The position numbers and the translations under genes were made by a program. Below the pieces are notes generated by a model. That model was not told the DNA's origin and did not search any database. It saw only the letters and a program-made list of their open reading frames with translations. DNA of 29,664 nucleotides. Source: a virus (lineage: Duplodnaviria > Caudoviricetes). The stretch's first letter is position 1; every line of letters starts with the position of its first letter. The DNA lies in the IMG/VR virus record IMGVR_UViG_3300049011_000005, positions 1 to 29,664 of that record. One strand, 5' to 3'. Below, one piece after another: positions 6,935 to 15,746 of the stretch.

Positions 6935-9170
6935 TTGCCACCTCCTGAGATAACTTAGCATAGTCTACAGCAAGGAAGCCGTTACGCTCTACTACGCACT
7001 CTGGGAATTTATCTTGAACTTCCTGAGCGATAACACCAATTGACCAAGCGCCGCGCAGTTGTTCTGGGATTTCTTTAATATGCTTCCAAGTCCACGCAAA
7101 TAGACCGACAGGACCATCAGCTAATGGCGTGATGTTGTCTTTTAAGCGCTCATCAGAGAATAAGCCAGGAATCAAAGAGCCAACAGCGCCCAATGAAGCG
7201 CCAAGACCTTCACGCGCGCCGCCTGCACTGCCGATTGTGCCGCCAGATTGAGCGTTACCCTGACCGATTTGGATTTGCGACAGGTTAGAGCCTTGACCGG
7301 TTGCCAAGTTAGCCAGTAGTGCTGCCAAGTTCATTTGGTTTTGTGAGCCAGCTGCGCCTCCCGAAGTTAACAGGTTGGCAAGTTGTGATGCTGTTCCGGT
7401 GTCTAGACCTGCCAGTAACTGACCTAAGTTAAGTTGGTTGTTTGACAACTGATTGGTTTGGTTGTTCAGCTGACCAGCCACTTGTTGTCCTGCTTGTGAG
7501 CGCAAGCCTGCCAAGTTGCTTGACGTATTGCCGAACACGTTAGCAGCGTTGCCACCAAGTTGGTTTTGCAGGTTAGCGACATTGCCGCCGGTATTGCCGA
7601 TAGCGCCTGACTCTAACTGACCCAAACCTGAGCGCAGACCACTTACTTGACTGCCTAAGTTGTTCAGAGTATTGCCAGCAAATTGACCGCCTTGTGCTGC
7701 AAGGTTAGCCATTTGCGAGCCGGTGTTAGCTTGTAAACCAGCCTGCTGACCGAGTAAGCCAGCTTGTTGACCAGCAATCTGACCGATTAAGTTGGCACCA
7801 CTGATGCCGCCTGTTTGGCTGAACTGACCTTGCTGTGTTGCCGCCTGCTGCCCACGCTGTGCGATGTTACGCATGTTTTCTAGCTGTTGTTGCTGTTGTT
7901 GCGCTGCGATTCCCGATGCCTGCTCTTGCAGTGCTGACAGGGTAGAGCCGCCACGCAATCCGCCAGTGGCAGATGCGTTTCGCAGCAATGCTTGCTCTTG
8001 ACGCTCACGCAGGAACTTTTGCCCAGGTGATTCTTGGAAATCCTGAAACGCCTGCTGCTGAGCTGCGCCACCTAAAGCGCCAGATAATGCCGCTTCGCGC
8101 TGCTGAGCTTCCTGACCCGTGCTTGCGTATGGGTTTAGGTAGTTAATAGCCTGACCAGTGGATTGGTCAATCCGACCAAGCCCTTGATTCTGAGCATTTG
8201 CCAGCAGACCGACACCTTGACCGATTGAGCCTTGAGCTGCACCTAATGCACCAGCCAAGTCACCGCGACCTTGATTAAAGCCTTGCTGAGCAGCACCTAA
8301 TGCTTGTGAGCCGTATGCGTTTAACGCTTCCTCAGCGCCACCAAAGCCACCGCGCAAAGAGCCAAGCTGACCGCCTAGCGTTTGCTGTAACGTGCCTTGC
8401 GCTTGCTGTGAGCCGCCTTGCAATGCGTTTAACTGTCCTTGCATGCCTGCGTTTAACGCTGATTCAGCGCCGGATAACCCAATACCAGACATATCAACAT
8501 TGCTCTGCACTTGCGGAGTCGCGCCTAAATTCTGAGTCTGCGCTAACGGTGCGTTAAATCCCTGGCCGGTTGTCATTGTTGGCGCGTTTGGATTAGACAT
8601 GCCAGCAGTGCCAGTTGCGCCGGTTTGCATCATCTGCTGTGGCGATGCACCACCGAAGTTTTCAAACTGACCGCCATCCGGTGATTTCATGCCGGTAGAG
8701 TAACCGCCACCCAACACACCAACTTGACCAGGCTGCATCATTTGATTAGTTTGCATCACCTGCCCGCCGCGCAAACCTGTTGGTGCTACGCCAGTCTGAA
8801 ACATATTCTTAGATTGCATTGTTTGAGCAACGGGTTGTGGCATCGCTTGTGGTAATTGCATTTGCTGCGGTCTCCCTAGTAGAGCGGAAATAGCAGCATT
8901 GGAGCCGCTTTGCTGGATTTGGTTAGATTGGTTAAAAGCCTGCTTGAGAATGTCAGCAGCTGACGCCTTTCCTGCACCGATTTGATCGATTGCTTGCTGA
9001 TAGGATGTTTGCAGCCCTTGGTAAGCCTGCGGGAACAATTGCATGATGTCGTTGCGCGCTTGGTTGTAGTACTCTTTTTGAGTAGCCATTGCGCGATCAC
9101 CAGCGGCAATCTGCTGTTTTGCAGCATCCTTTTCAGCGCCGCCAAAAAATGTATCTTTAACCCAACCCAT
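6927..9170 (-). CDS. DNA ejection protein (P22 gp7-like core) with C-terminal Peptidase S74 chaperone domain
   Basis: gp7-like SPGQKFL...ALLRNASATGGLRGGSTLSAL. C-terminal FSDERLK...GVIAQEV...P.CV...GFLAVDY. Synteny after the gp14-like gene. Confidence 0.8.
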   Translation of the reverse strand: MGWVKDTFFGGAEKDAAKQQIAAGDRAMATQKEYYNQARNDIMQLFPQAYQGLQTSYQQAIDQIGAGKASAADILKQAFNQSNQIQQSGSNAAISALLGRPQQMQLPQAMPQPVAQTMQSKNMFQTGVAPTGLRGGQVMQTNQMMQPGQVGVLGGGYSTGMKSPDGGQFENFGGASPQQMMQTGATGTAGMSNPNAPTMTTGQGFNAPLAQTQNLGATPQVQSNVDMSGIGLSGAESALNAGMQGQLNALQGGSQQAQGTLQQTLGGQLGSLRGGFGGAEEALNAYGSQALGAAQQGFNQGRGDLAGALGAAQGSIGQGVGLLANAQNQGLGRIDQSTGQAINYLNPYASTGQEAQQREAALSGALGGAAQQQAFQDFQESPGQKFLRERQEQALLRNASATGGLRGGSTLSALQEQASGIAAQQQQQQLENMRNIAQRGQQAATQQGQFSQTGGISGANLIGQIAGQQAGLLGQQAGLQANTGSQMANLAAQGGQFAGNTLNNLGSQVSGLRSGLGQLESGAIGNTGGNVANLQNQLGGNAANVFGNTSSNLAGLRSQAGQQVAGQLNNQTNQLSNNQLNLGQLLAGLDTGTASQLANLLTSGGAAGSQNQMNLAALLANLATGQGSNLSQIQIGQGNAQSGGTIGSAGGAREGLGASLGAVGSLIPGLFSDERLKDNITPLADGPVGLFAWTWKHIKEIPEQLRGAWSIGVIAQEVQDKFPECVVERNGFLAVDYAKLSQEVANV
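7359..8480 (-). repeat. two blocks of degenerate 11-aa (33-bp) repeats within the ejection protein
   Basis: For example GSQMANLAAQG/GQFAGNTLNNL/GSQVSGLRSGL/GQLESGAIGNT/GGNVANLQNQL and GLSGAESALNA/GMQGQLNALQG/GSQQAQGTLQQ/TLGGQLGSLRG/GFGGAEEALNA. Confidence 0.7.
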
Positions 9171-9630
9171 TCAGAACCTCGCCTTTGGTTGCTCCAAGGT
9201 AAACTTGGTCTATCAAATCACCTTGGAATAAATAGCTTTGCCGGTTAACGCCCTCGTTGATGAATCCAAACTGATGCGCGTAGGCGATGACGTTTGGATA
9301 GCAAACAGGAATTAAGGCAGTGAGTTTTGCAGCCCAAGGCGCAACGTCAAAAAAATGACTGAGTATTGCAGCGCCGATGTCTTTAGAGTGTGGTCTTTTG
9401 GCTGGTAGCACATGAGCATGTATGTCACATACACAAGCGCCTATCTTGTCGAAAATAAAAACAGCTGATAGCTCATCGTCTACAGTGCAAGCGATAAAAC
9501 ACGATGCTTGCGGGTCAATGTGTAAATTAGAGCTATCGTTTTCTGTAATCGTCTTGAGTATATCAGGATGCGTCAATACTGACAAAATCTGGTCAGTGTC
9601 GAATGTGCGAAATGCTACAATTCTTTCCAT
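9157..9630 (-). CDS. GNAT-fold protein, P22 gp14/DUF2824-like
   Basis: DIHAHVLP, KLTALIP, FGFINEG..RQSYL..G.L.DQ..LG; located between the gp26-like and gp7-like genes. Confidence 0.8.
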   Translation of the reverse strand: MERIVAFRTFDTDQILSVLTHPDILKTITENDSSNLHIDPQASCFIACTVDDELSAVFIFDKIGACVCDIHAHVLPAKRPHSKDIGAAILSHFFDVAPWAAKLTALIPVCYPNVIAYAHQFGFINEGVNRQSYLFQGDLIDQVYLGATKGEVLNGLG

Positions 9631-9860
9631 CCTGTCAAAATTCCGGCGCTTGTTGTCTTAATGTACAGTGTATCTGTCAAAATATTGGCGCACAAGCTAA
9701 AACGAGGCGCATCTAATACGCCTTCTGGGTTTTCTTGTATTTCGTAGCCGTTAATCTGCCTTGTAATAGCTTCACACCAAGCGGAAAACCTTTGCTCAGG
9801 TAATCCGCCAGATGTGATTTGTAGCTGCCTGCTTGGTGGAATTATCTTGTTATCTGCCAC
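9615..9860 (-). CDS. small tail protein at the tail needle (gp26) position
   Basis: Synteny (gp10-X-gp14); NPEGVLDAP..SL......LYIKT......GW resembles a short fibre-tip motif. Confidence 0.6.
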   Translation of the reverse strand: MADNKIIPPSRQLQITSGGLPEQRFSAWCEAITRQINGYEIQENPEGVLDAPRFSLCANILTDTLYIKTTSAGILTGWKEL

Positions 9861-11313
9861 CGCTGAAGTCTCCGATTAATCCAATAACAACCAGCTTTGC
9901 ATCGTCTGCATAGTCAAATCGGAATATGCGAGCGTTGCGGCACAACCCGAGCTTTGGCCATGTTGGTTGTATGTTATATTTGCCGATTTCGCCTATAGTT
10001 CTGGAAACTGGGAAACCAAAATTTTTGCCGCCGTCATCGCTGTACGACATATCAATTGTTGGCCCGCGGTCTAGTACTGTGTTGGTGCCAGCCTCAACGA
10101 TTAGCTGCACTGAACTCCAGAATGTTGCGCCGCCGACGTTATTAAATGGCCCTGCTGAGAATCTGCGGCGGATGTACTCGCCAAATTCCGTATAAGTGTC
10201 AAGAGACAATACGCCAATGCGCCCACTCCTGTAGTCTGCAACAAAGAAACGCCCGTAAGCCTGCACAACGCAGTTAGCGCGCCATCTGGTTTGCTCTGAG
10301 TTAATAAATGATTTACGCTCATGCCAGATAGGTTTCTGCGCAAGTTGAGATGCCTTTGCGTCGTAAACAATGCAAGTATCCGGCAGAATCCAACCAGCGA
10401 ACACTGCGCCATTCTGTGAGTACTGAAACCCGATAATGTCTTGTATCTCTTCTTGCGTGTATCTCAGCAGTAAAGACTCGATGGATGCCGTGGAAATCTT
10501 GTCAAAGTTGTTCCCGCTGTATTGGTAGATGGCAGCCTGACCGCCGATGTCATTACCAACAAAGCAGAATGTATTCCCCGTATCAACGATGGAGTTTTTC
10601 GCCTTGATGCCAATTGGCAGGATGTAACCGGCAATCCGCTGATAAGGGAAGTTCAAGGCGCCGACGTTTTGCCAGCCCTCTGTCGTCTCGCTGCCGCCGA
10701 TAAACAACTGACCACGACTCACATGGATACCAGTGATGTCGTCAGGGTCTGCCTCTGCTTCTGCAAAATCAATTCCAGAATAAGTTAGTCCATCATTTAA
10801 AGCGCTGTTAAACACGTTCTTAGCGGCTTGATGGATGAAGTAGCCGTCAGCATATACAACCTGCTGAGATGGCCCCAAATCGTTATAGGCTGAGCTTGTG
10901 ATGGTCTTTAGCGTGTTTGAAGTTCGATTGTAGATATAACCTTTAATTCCTGGCACTACAATACAAAGCTGGTCGCCATTATCCGCCATTGACACATAGT
11001 CAGCGCCATCAATCTCGCCAAGGTCTGTCGTGGTGTATGACTCGATGCCATCAACAGAAATCAATCGATTTAATCGGAATAACCGTTGGCCGCAAACAAA
11101 GTAAGGCACGCCAGCCATAACATGAGCGCCACGACTTTTGTTAGCTGAGCCGGTGTTCAATATCTCTATAATTCCAGGTGTCGGAAATAGCTGCGCTTTC
11201 GTATACGCAGCAGTCTCAGGAATGGATACGTACATATTCGTACACTCCTGAGCTGCCACGGGAATGCTTGACGAAACGTAAAAACCTGTTGCGATTGGTA
11301 ATTCGGTACGCAT
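9850..11313 (-). CDS. tail hub / packaged DNA stabilisation protein, P22 gp10-like
   Basis: VSMADNG.QL, DGYFI, FAEAEADPD.I, G.ETTE.W, WHERKS, SYSDDGG..F; beta-propeller size; AGGT RBS before ATG 11313. Confidence 0.85.
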   Translation of the reverse strand: MRTELPIATGFYVSSSIPVAAQECTNMYVSIPETAAYTKAQLFPTPGIIEILNTGSANKSRGAHVMAGVPYFVCGQRLFRLNRLISVDGIESYTTTDLGEIDGADYVSMADNGDQLCIVVPGIKGYIYNRTSNTLKTITSSAYNDLGPSQQVVYADGYFIHQAAKNVFNSALNDGLTYSGIDFAEAEADPDDITGIHVSRGQLFIGGSETTEGWQNVGALNFPYQRIAGYILPIGIKAKNSIVDTGNTFCFVGNDIGGQAAIYQYSGNNFDKISTASIESLLLRYTQEEIQDIIGFQYSQNGAVFAGWILPDTCIVYDAKASQLAQKPIWHERKSFINSEQTRWRANCVVQAYGRFFVADYRSGRIGVLSLDTYTEFGEYIRRRFSAGPFNNVGGATFWSSVQLIVEAGTNTVLDRGPTIDMSYSDDGGKNFGFPVSRTIGEIGKYNIQPTWPKLGLCRNARIFRFDYADDAKLVVIGLIGDFSGGR

Positions 11314-11314
11314 C

Positions 11315-12235
11315 CTACCACCTGTAAAGTTCAACAACCATCGGGTCTGCGTCGTTATCAAACGCTAAGTTGTTGTTAAGCATTTCATCCGCTTTCGCTT
11401 TTAGCATCATTTGCCGGTCTTGCTCTACGCCGTACTCGTCCATGATGCGAGTCGCCAGCATATAAGCTAAAAGCTCCTGCCACTCATCAGGGAATTGTGG
11501 CGCGTCGATGTTAGTGATCATTGTTTCGATTGGCTCGACATAGGTCATGCGCAATACGTTCAGGCTGCTTTGCGCTGTGGGCCACACGTACAACTCACCA
11601 GCAGTTAACTGAGGGGAGTAGTAATAGTTACTTGTCTGGCCTTGAGTGGTTTTATCAGGCTGGTCAAAATACTCTTTCCGGCTAAATGTCTCTAACGGGA
11701 TTTCTGAGTCAGTGATTGACCAAGCAGACTGCGCGTTTAATACTCGTAGCGGTCTATCAATGATGTCGGTGTATACATAGACTCGAGCCGATGCGTTGGC
11801 GTCAGCGGTTAATGCTGATGCCAGCGTGATGGTCGTCCCAGTGGATGATAATGATGCGGTAGTCCAAAAAAACGAGTTATCAGTTAACTGGATGCCGACA
11901 GAGTTGCCACTAACTACATTTAATGCGCCAGACAGCGTGATTGACGTAGCACCGGTTACTGTATATCCAGATAATGTTTGCGTGCGCAAATCATCACGCG
12001 CAACAACGCGATCACCAGCAGGCCCGCATTTGTAAAACTGCTTGCCTTGCTCCATCAGCACAACAGCCTGCTTCATTGTCCACAGGTTGTTGTAGTTAGT
12101 CTGAATGTGCAGAATCATCTGGTTGAACGCTTCTAGCGCGTCGTTTCTGTCGTCATCTTGCAGAGGCTGGTTTCTATCCAACACCCTGACTAGGCGCAAA
12201 GCCTTTTTGATGATTGTTAATGCTGTTGTTGCCAT
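11315..12235 (-). CDS. head-tail adaptor, P22 gp4-like, with inserted beta domain
   Basis: N-terminal TALTIIKKALRL....D..DALEAFNQM; C-terminal LYVWP and FP.EW.E.L.Y.LA.R; immediately upstream of the gp10-like gene. Confidence 0.75.
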   Translation of the reverse strand: MATTALTIIKKALRLVRVLDRNQPLQDDDRNDALEAFNQMILHIQTNYNNLWTMKQAVVLMEQGKQFYKCGPAGDRVVARDDLRTQTLSGYTVTGATSITLSGALNVVSGNSVGIQLTDNSFFWTTASLSSTGTTITLASALTADANASARVYVYTDIIDRPLRVLNAQSAWSITDSEIPLETFSRKEYFDQPDKTTQGQTSNYYYSPQLTAGELYVWPTAQSSLNVLRMTYVEPIETMITNIDAPQFPDEWQELLAYMLATRIMDEYGVEQDRQMMLKAKADEMLNNNLAFDNDADPMVVELYRW

Positions 12236-12342
12236 TATTTATAAGCCTCTACAGCCTCTTGAGGGGCGCCGGTGAACCACAGAATATTCCCGTGCGATTC
12301 AATGCCAACTTGCACGCCTTTCCAATAGATTGCGTTTTCCAT
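12235..12342 (-). CDS. small hypothetical protein (35 aa)
   Basis: Read manually as MENAIYWKGVQVGIESHGNILWFTGAPQEAVEAYK. GGAG upstream; TAATG coupling to the adaptor gene; fills the gap exactly. Confidence 0.6.
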   Translation of the reverse strand: MENAIYWKGVQVGIESHGNILWFTGAPQEAVEAYK

Positions 12343-12344
12343 GG

Positions 12345-14312
12345 TTATGCTCTCCGGTAGAATCCTGAAATACTAATAATGCCTGCGGTGTCAAAGAACT
12401 CCAGCGCAACGCCACCTGCAGGGTCTAGCGCACGAACAGCCAACACGTTACCAGATGTTCCAACAAACGAACCAACCTCCCTATTAGCGCCAACTGTCAA
12501 ATCTGCGTAATAAGTGCTCAATGGAACTCTTTGCCCAAAATCAGCTAGGTTGTGCGGCAGAGAAATCCTCGTTCCGCCAGAGCCAGTATGTGCAGACCAA
12601 GTGATAGACGCAGAGAAGAACACAGTTCTGTCGTCCATAAATGTATACTTGCCATCCTGAACACTGTACGTTCCAACCCCTGCCACTGTCGCTCCTGTGA
12701 TTACTGGGATGTAAGAGACTGTCCCTTGATATACCCCGAGAGCTGCCGCTACTGGGTTTGATGTGGTGTAGCCTGACAGCCTATTGCTTAGGCAGTAATT
12801 TCCTGCTACATCAGTAGCATAAGATACAGCGACACCGGACCCGCTTGTCTTAAGGTCAAACGTATTATTTTGGAAAACAAGCTCGCCCGTTGATGACTGA
12901 GCAGCCAGATTTGACGTGTATACAGTCGTTGGATTTACTCTGATTTTGCAACCCTCTATAACCAACTGACCGGCACTTACCGTTGCAACAGTCGTCGCAG
13001 AGTTAAGCCAGCTAATCAATCCTCCGCTAATCAGCAACGTACCACCGTTAACCACAAAGTCAGTCTGAGGATTTGAACCTATGTGTGTTAGTTCAGTAAT
13101 ACTTGTTATGCCGGCAGATACCTGAATGGAGTTAGTGGCGCTAGCCCCTGACTTGGTTGTGTAAAGTTGCGAAATTGAATTAATTCCGCCAGATATGATC
13201 AGCCTTGCTCCGTCACCATCAAGCTGGATTCGACCGAAGTCATTTGAAACGCCAGCTGTCGCACTTGATGTTATTTCCATCTTGGTTCTAAACATGGATA
13301 TAGTGCCAAAATCAGCACCATCACAAAGGCCGTATTTAAGGCTTGTACCAACGCCATCATAATAAACGCCATTTAATAAAGTTGTTTTATTAGTAAAGCC
13401 AAAAGGCCAAAAATGCAGCGTATTTACATGGAAGAAATCCAACGAGCCGTTGACTTCCATGCCAACATTAAGCGCGCCAATCTCCATAAATCCAATTGAT
13501 GCCCCGCCGCAGTTGCCGGTGGCGTTAACCCCGTTCCATGCGCCCTCAATTCTTATGTTATCCAAAATAAATCTTGGAATAGCAGAAGCATCTATCGCCC
13601 AAGGATATTGCGTGCAGTTTGCTCTAACACCCTGATTAGCCTGAACAAAAGAAAATCCAACATCTCTAATTTGCGCACCAGGCTCAGATGTTCCAAGCCT
13701 AACCACACCAGTTGCTGATAAGTTAAAGTCAGTTGATATGACAAACACTGATGCAGATCGGCCAGAGCCAGACATAATTTGATTGTTTACCATGTTTAGA
13801 CGATCTGTAACTTTGCAAAACCCTTTGATAAAAGTTACCGGCAAGCCAGTCGCCAAGCATTTGTTTACTGATAATGTATTGTCTGTTCCAGTGCCTGTTG
13901 CTGGATTTGCATCTAAAATAGCTCCAGCCATTTCGAACAGCACAGACTCAATACCAACACGAACCCAAACGCCACTGCCAACACCTGACCAGTTCAGCAG
14001 TGTTGCAATATCAGCCTGAGTGCCAGCCCATGCAGTGATTGCTTCAGGTGAATAATGAGTTACGCCATTATGCAAAGACTTGCTGGCACTAGGCTGCCAA
14101 ACTAACCTGCCACCGCCAACAGTTGAGCCGGCATAAAAGCCAATGACATTATAAACCGTTTCAGTCTGCGGGCTTGCTGGCAGCGATTTTAAACTAGCAA
14201 CGCTTTTATCAATTAGCTGATTAACAGATGCAACCAAGCCCTGACCAGACGCGCTAAATGGCGGAACTGCCGGAGGCGGAAACGGGAGTGATGTTAGTTT
14301 AGAGATTGGCAT
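12345..14312 (-). CDS. tailspike / putative polysaccharide depolymerase (beta-helix)
   Basis: N-terminal VIGFYAG..VGGG...HNG...G.G.WVR domain, GTDNT entry into a beta-helix, G/S/T/N-rich rungs, C-terminal beta-sandwich. Confidence 0.85.
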   Translation of the reverse strand: MPISKLTSLPFPPPAVPPFSASGQGLVASVNQLIDKSVASLKSLPASPQTETVYNVIGFYAGSTVGGGRLVWQPSASKSLHNGVTHYSPEAITAWAGTQADIATLLNWSGVGSGVWVRVGIESVLFEMAGAILDANPATGTGTDNTLSVNKCLATGLPVTFIKGFCKVTDRLNMVNNQIMSGSGRSASVFVISTDFNLSATGVVRLGTSEPGAQIRDVGFSFVQANQGVRANCTQYPWAIDASAIPRFILDNIRIEGAWNGVNATGNCGGASIGFMEIGALNVGMEVNGSLDFFHVNTLHFWPFGFTNKTTLLNGVYYDGVGTSLKYGLCDGADFGTISMFRTKMEITSSATAGVSNDFGRIQLDGDGARLIISGGINSISQLYTTKSGASATNSIQVSAGITSITELTHIGSNPQTDFVVNGGTLLISGGLISWLNSATTVATVSAGQLVIEGCKIRVNPTTVYTSNLAAQSSTGELVFQNNTFDLKTSGSGVAVSYATDVAGNYCLSNRLSGYTTSNPVAAALGVYQGTVSYIPVITGATVAGVGTYSVQDGKYTFMDDRTVFFSASITWSAHTGSGGTRISLPHNLADFGQRVPLSTYYADLTVGANREVGSFVGTSGNVLAVRALDPAGGVALEFFDTAGIISISGFYRRA

Positions 14313-14646
14313 TAATTATTGCTCCGTTATCGAATATCGCGCCTGTTGTAATTATCCTGCCAGCTTCGTCAACAACAAAGCCGCTGTATTGCAAAAATGG
14401 GCTAGGCGGTGCGTAGAATGTCAAATCATTGTCGTTTTCTGACTCTGGGCGAGCAATATCAACTGCTTGCCGGTCAGCTTTTCCGCGAATGTTTAGCTGT
14501 GGATGTTTTGGATCAAAGCACTCAGAGCACGCTAGCAGGTTATTCCACTGCAGGCGTGTTTCTGAGCGCATATAGGCTAACCCGCACAAGTCGCATAATA
14601 CCTTGTGGTCTCCAGGTACATAACGGCGTGCGCGGGTTTGAGTCAT
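14299..14646 (-). CDS. conserved phage CxxC-CxxC protein
   Basis: CDLCG...LQWNNLLACSECFDPKHPQ, a pattern I recognise from podovirus head-tail regions; function unknown. Confidence 0.7.
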   Translation of the reverse strand: MTQTRARRYVPGDHKVLCDLCGLAYMRSETRLQWNNLLACSECFDPKHPQLNIRGKADRQAVDIARPESENDNDLTFYAPPSPFLQYSGFVVDEAGRIITTGAIFDNGAIINANL

Positions 14647-14930
14647 CAGAATTCCTCGACAACATTCACAAGTCCGGTGCCAGTGCCGCTAAACTCCAGC
14701 GCTGTGCATGGTTGAGAAATAACGCCAACAGCGTTTGCTGCAATGGATAACGCTCCGGCTGCTGGGTCAGAGTAAGTTACTGCGCCTTGCTGAATTTTAC
14801 CGGCTGTTAGCTTCACAACTAACGCTGCGCTGGTGAGATTCTGAATAGACAAGCTGTCAATCGTGGCGCGATGGTTTACCGGATAGTAAACCGCCGCTGC
14901 CGTCGGCTTTGTAATGCTGCGCTGAGCCAT
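14646..14930 (-). CDS. putative virion structural protein (94 aa)
   Basis: Beta-rich and A/T/V-rich; GGGG RBS; TGATG coupling to the next gene. Confidence 0.65.
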   Translation of the reverse strand: MAQRSITKPTAAAVYYPVNHRATIDSLSIQNLTSAALVVKLTAGKIQQGAVTYSDPAAGALSIAANAVGVISQPCTALEFSGTGTGLVNVVEEF

Positions 14931-14940
14931 GATTTACCCC

Positions 14941-15390
14941 TTACAGAACGTTAGCGCAGATTGCGGTCACGATTGCACGACCTTGGAATTCAGCAAAGTT
15001 TGCAGAGCCAAGAGTGTAGGTAAACTTGTTGGTTGATGACGTCACGTTGATAGCAGCCGAGACAGGTGAGCCGACTGCGCCAGTCGCAGCAACAGATGTG
15101 GCCGCCATGACGTTAGCAGCTGCGCCGCCAATGCCAACACTGATTGTCTTGGTTGTGCCAGTTACCTCTGCAACATCAACAACGATTACAGCGCTTAACA
15201 CTTGCAGCCATCTAGTTCCAGCATCAACAACTGTAGTCTGAGCTGCGCCAGATGCAACGCGAGTTAACGGAATCTCAAAAGTCTTGATGAAGGTGTCTGC
15301 GGTGTTTGTGGTGTTTGTTTGATTGTCGCGCTGCTGCAGTGGACCCTGCAAGCCGACGTTATTAAAACGAGTTTGACGATATTTAGCCAT
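14941..15390 (-). CDS. putative capsid decoration/cement protein
   Basis: GAGGT before ATG 15390; jelly-roll-like A/T/V/G composition. Confidence 0.65.
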   Translation of the reverse strand: MAKYRQTRFNNVGLQGPLQQRDNQTNTTNTADTFIKTFEIPLTRVASGAAQTTVVDAGTRWLQVLSAVIVVDVAEVTGTTKTISVGIGGAAANVMAATSVAATGAVGSPVSAAINVTSSTNKFTYTLGSANFAEFQGRAIVTAICANVL

Positions 15391-15440
15391 GATATACCTC
15401 ACTGATTACCAGCACGCCAACATGGCGCAAGGTTTGAATG

Positions 15441-15469
15441 AGTATATACCGTCAGTTTTTACGCGTCAA
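15441..15469 (-). promoter_or_regulatory. sigma70-like promoter
   Basis: TTGACG-17 bp-TATACT in the intergenic gap, about 50 nt upstream of ATG 15390. Confidence 0.75.
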
Positions 15470-15479
15470 AGTTTTGGCG

Positions 15480-15746
15480 TTATTCGTCTTTGTCTCGTTT
15501 ACGCCAAGACAGATACAGGTCAAAAATGTTCTTAGCGATAAACGTCAATCCACCAACAATTGATACGATTGCCGCAATAGTAGGTAAATTTGATTGCTCA
15601 ACAGCTTGTGGCGCTGAAACTGCAACAGCTCCTAATGTAGCCCCCGACCCAATCGACAACGCACCGACTCCGTTAACTACCTTGGATGCCAGTGCGTTGC
15701 CGTGGTCACTGATTATCATCAGTAGTTCTGTTGCGTAGTGTTTCAT
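15480..15746 (-). CDS. holin-like small membrane protein (88 aa)
   Basis: One or two hydrophobic segments and a charged C-tail (WRKRDKDE); ATGA coupling to the upstream membrane protein. Confidence 0.6.
   Translation of the reverse strand: MKHYATELLMIISDHGNALASKVVNGVGALSIGSGATLGAVAVSAPQAVEQSNLPTIAAIVSIVGGLTFIAKNIFDLYLSWRKRDKDE

Noticed and set aside
6927-9170. Calling the 747-aa protein a tail fibre because of its S74 domain
   Set aside because: The gp7-like core motif, helical G/Q/N composition and gp14-X-gp20 synteny point to an ejection protein.
9157-9630. GNAT protein as a toxin or DNA-modification enzyme
   Set aside because: Position and motifs match the P22 gp14-like assembly factor, and there is no adjacent antitoxin.
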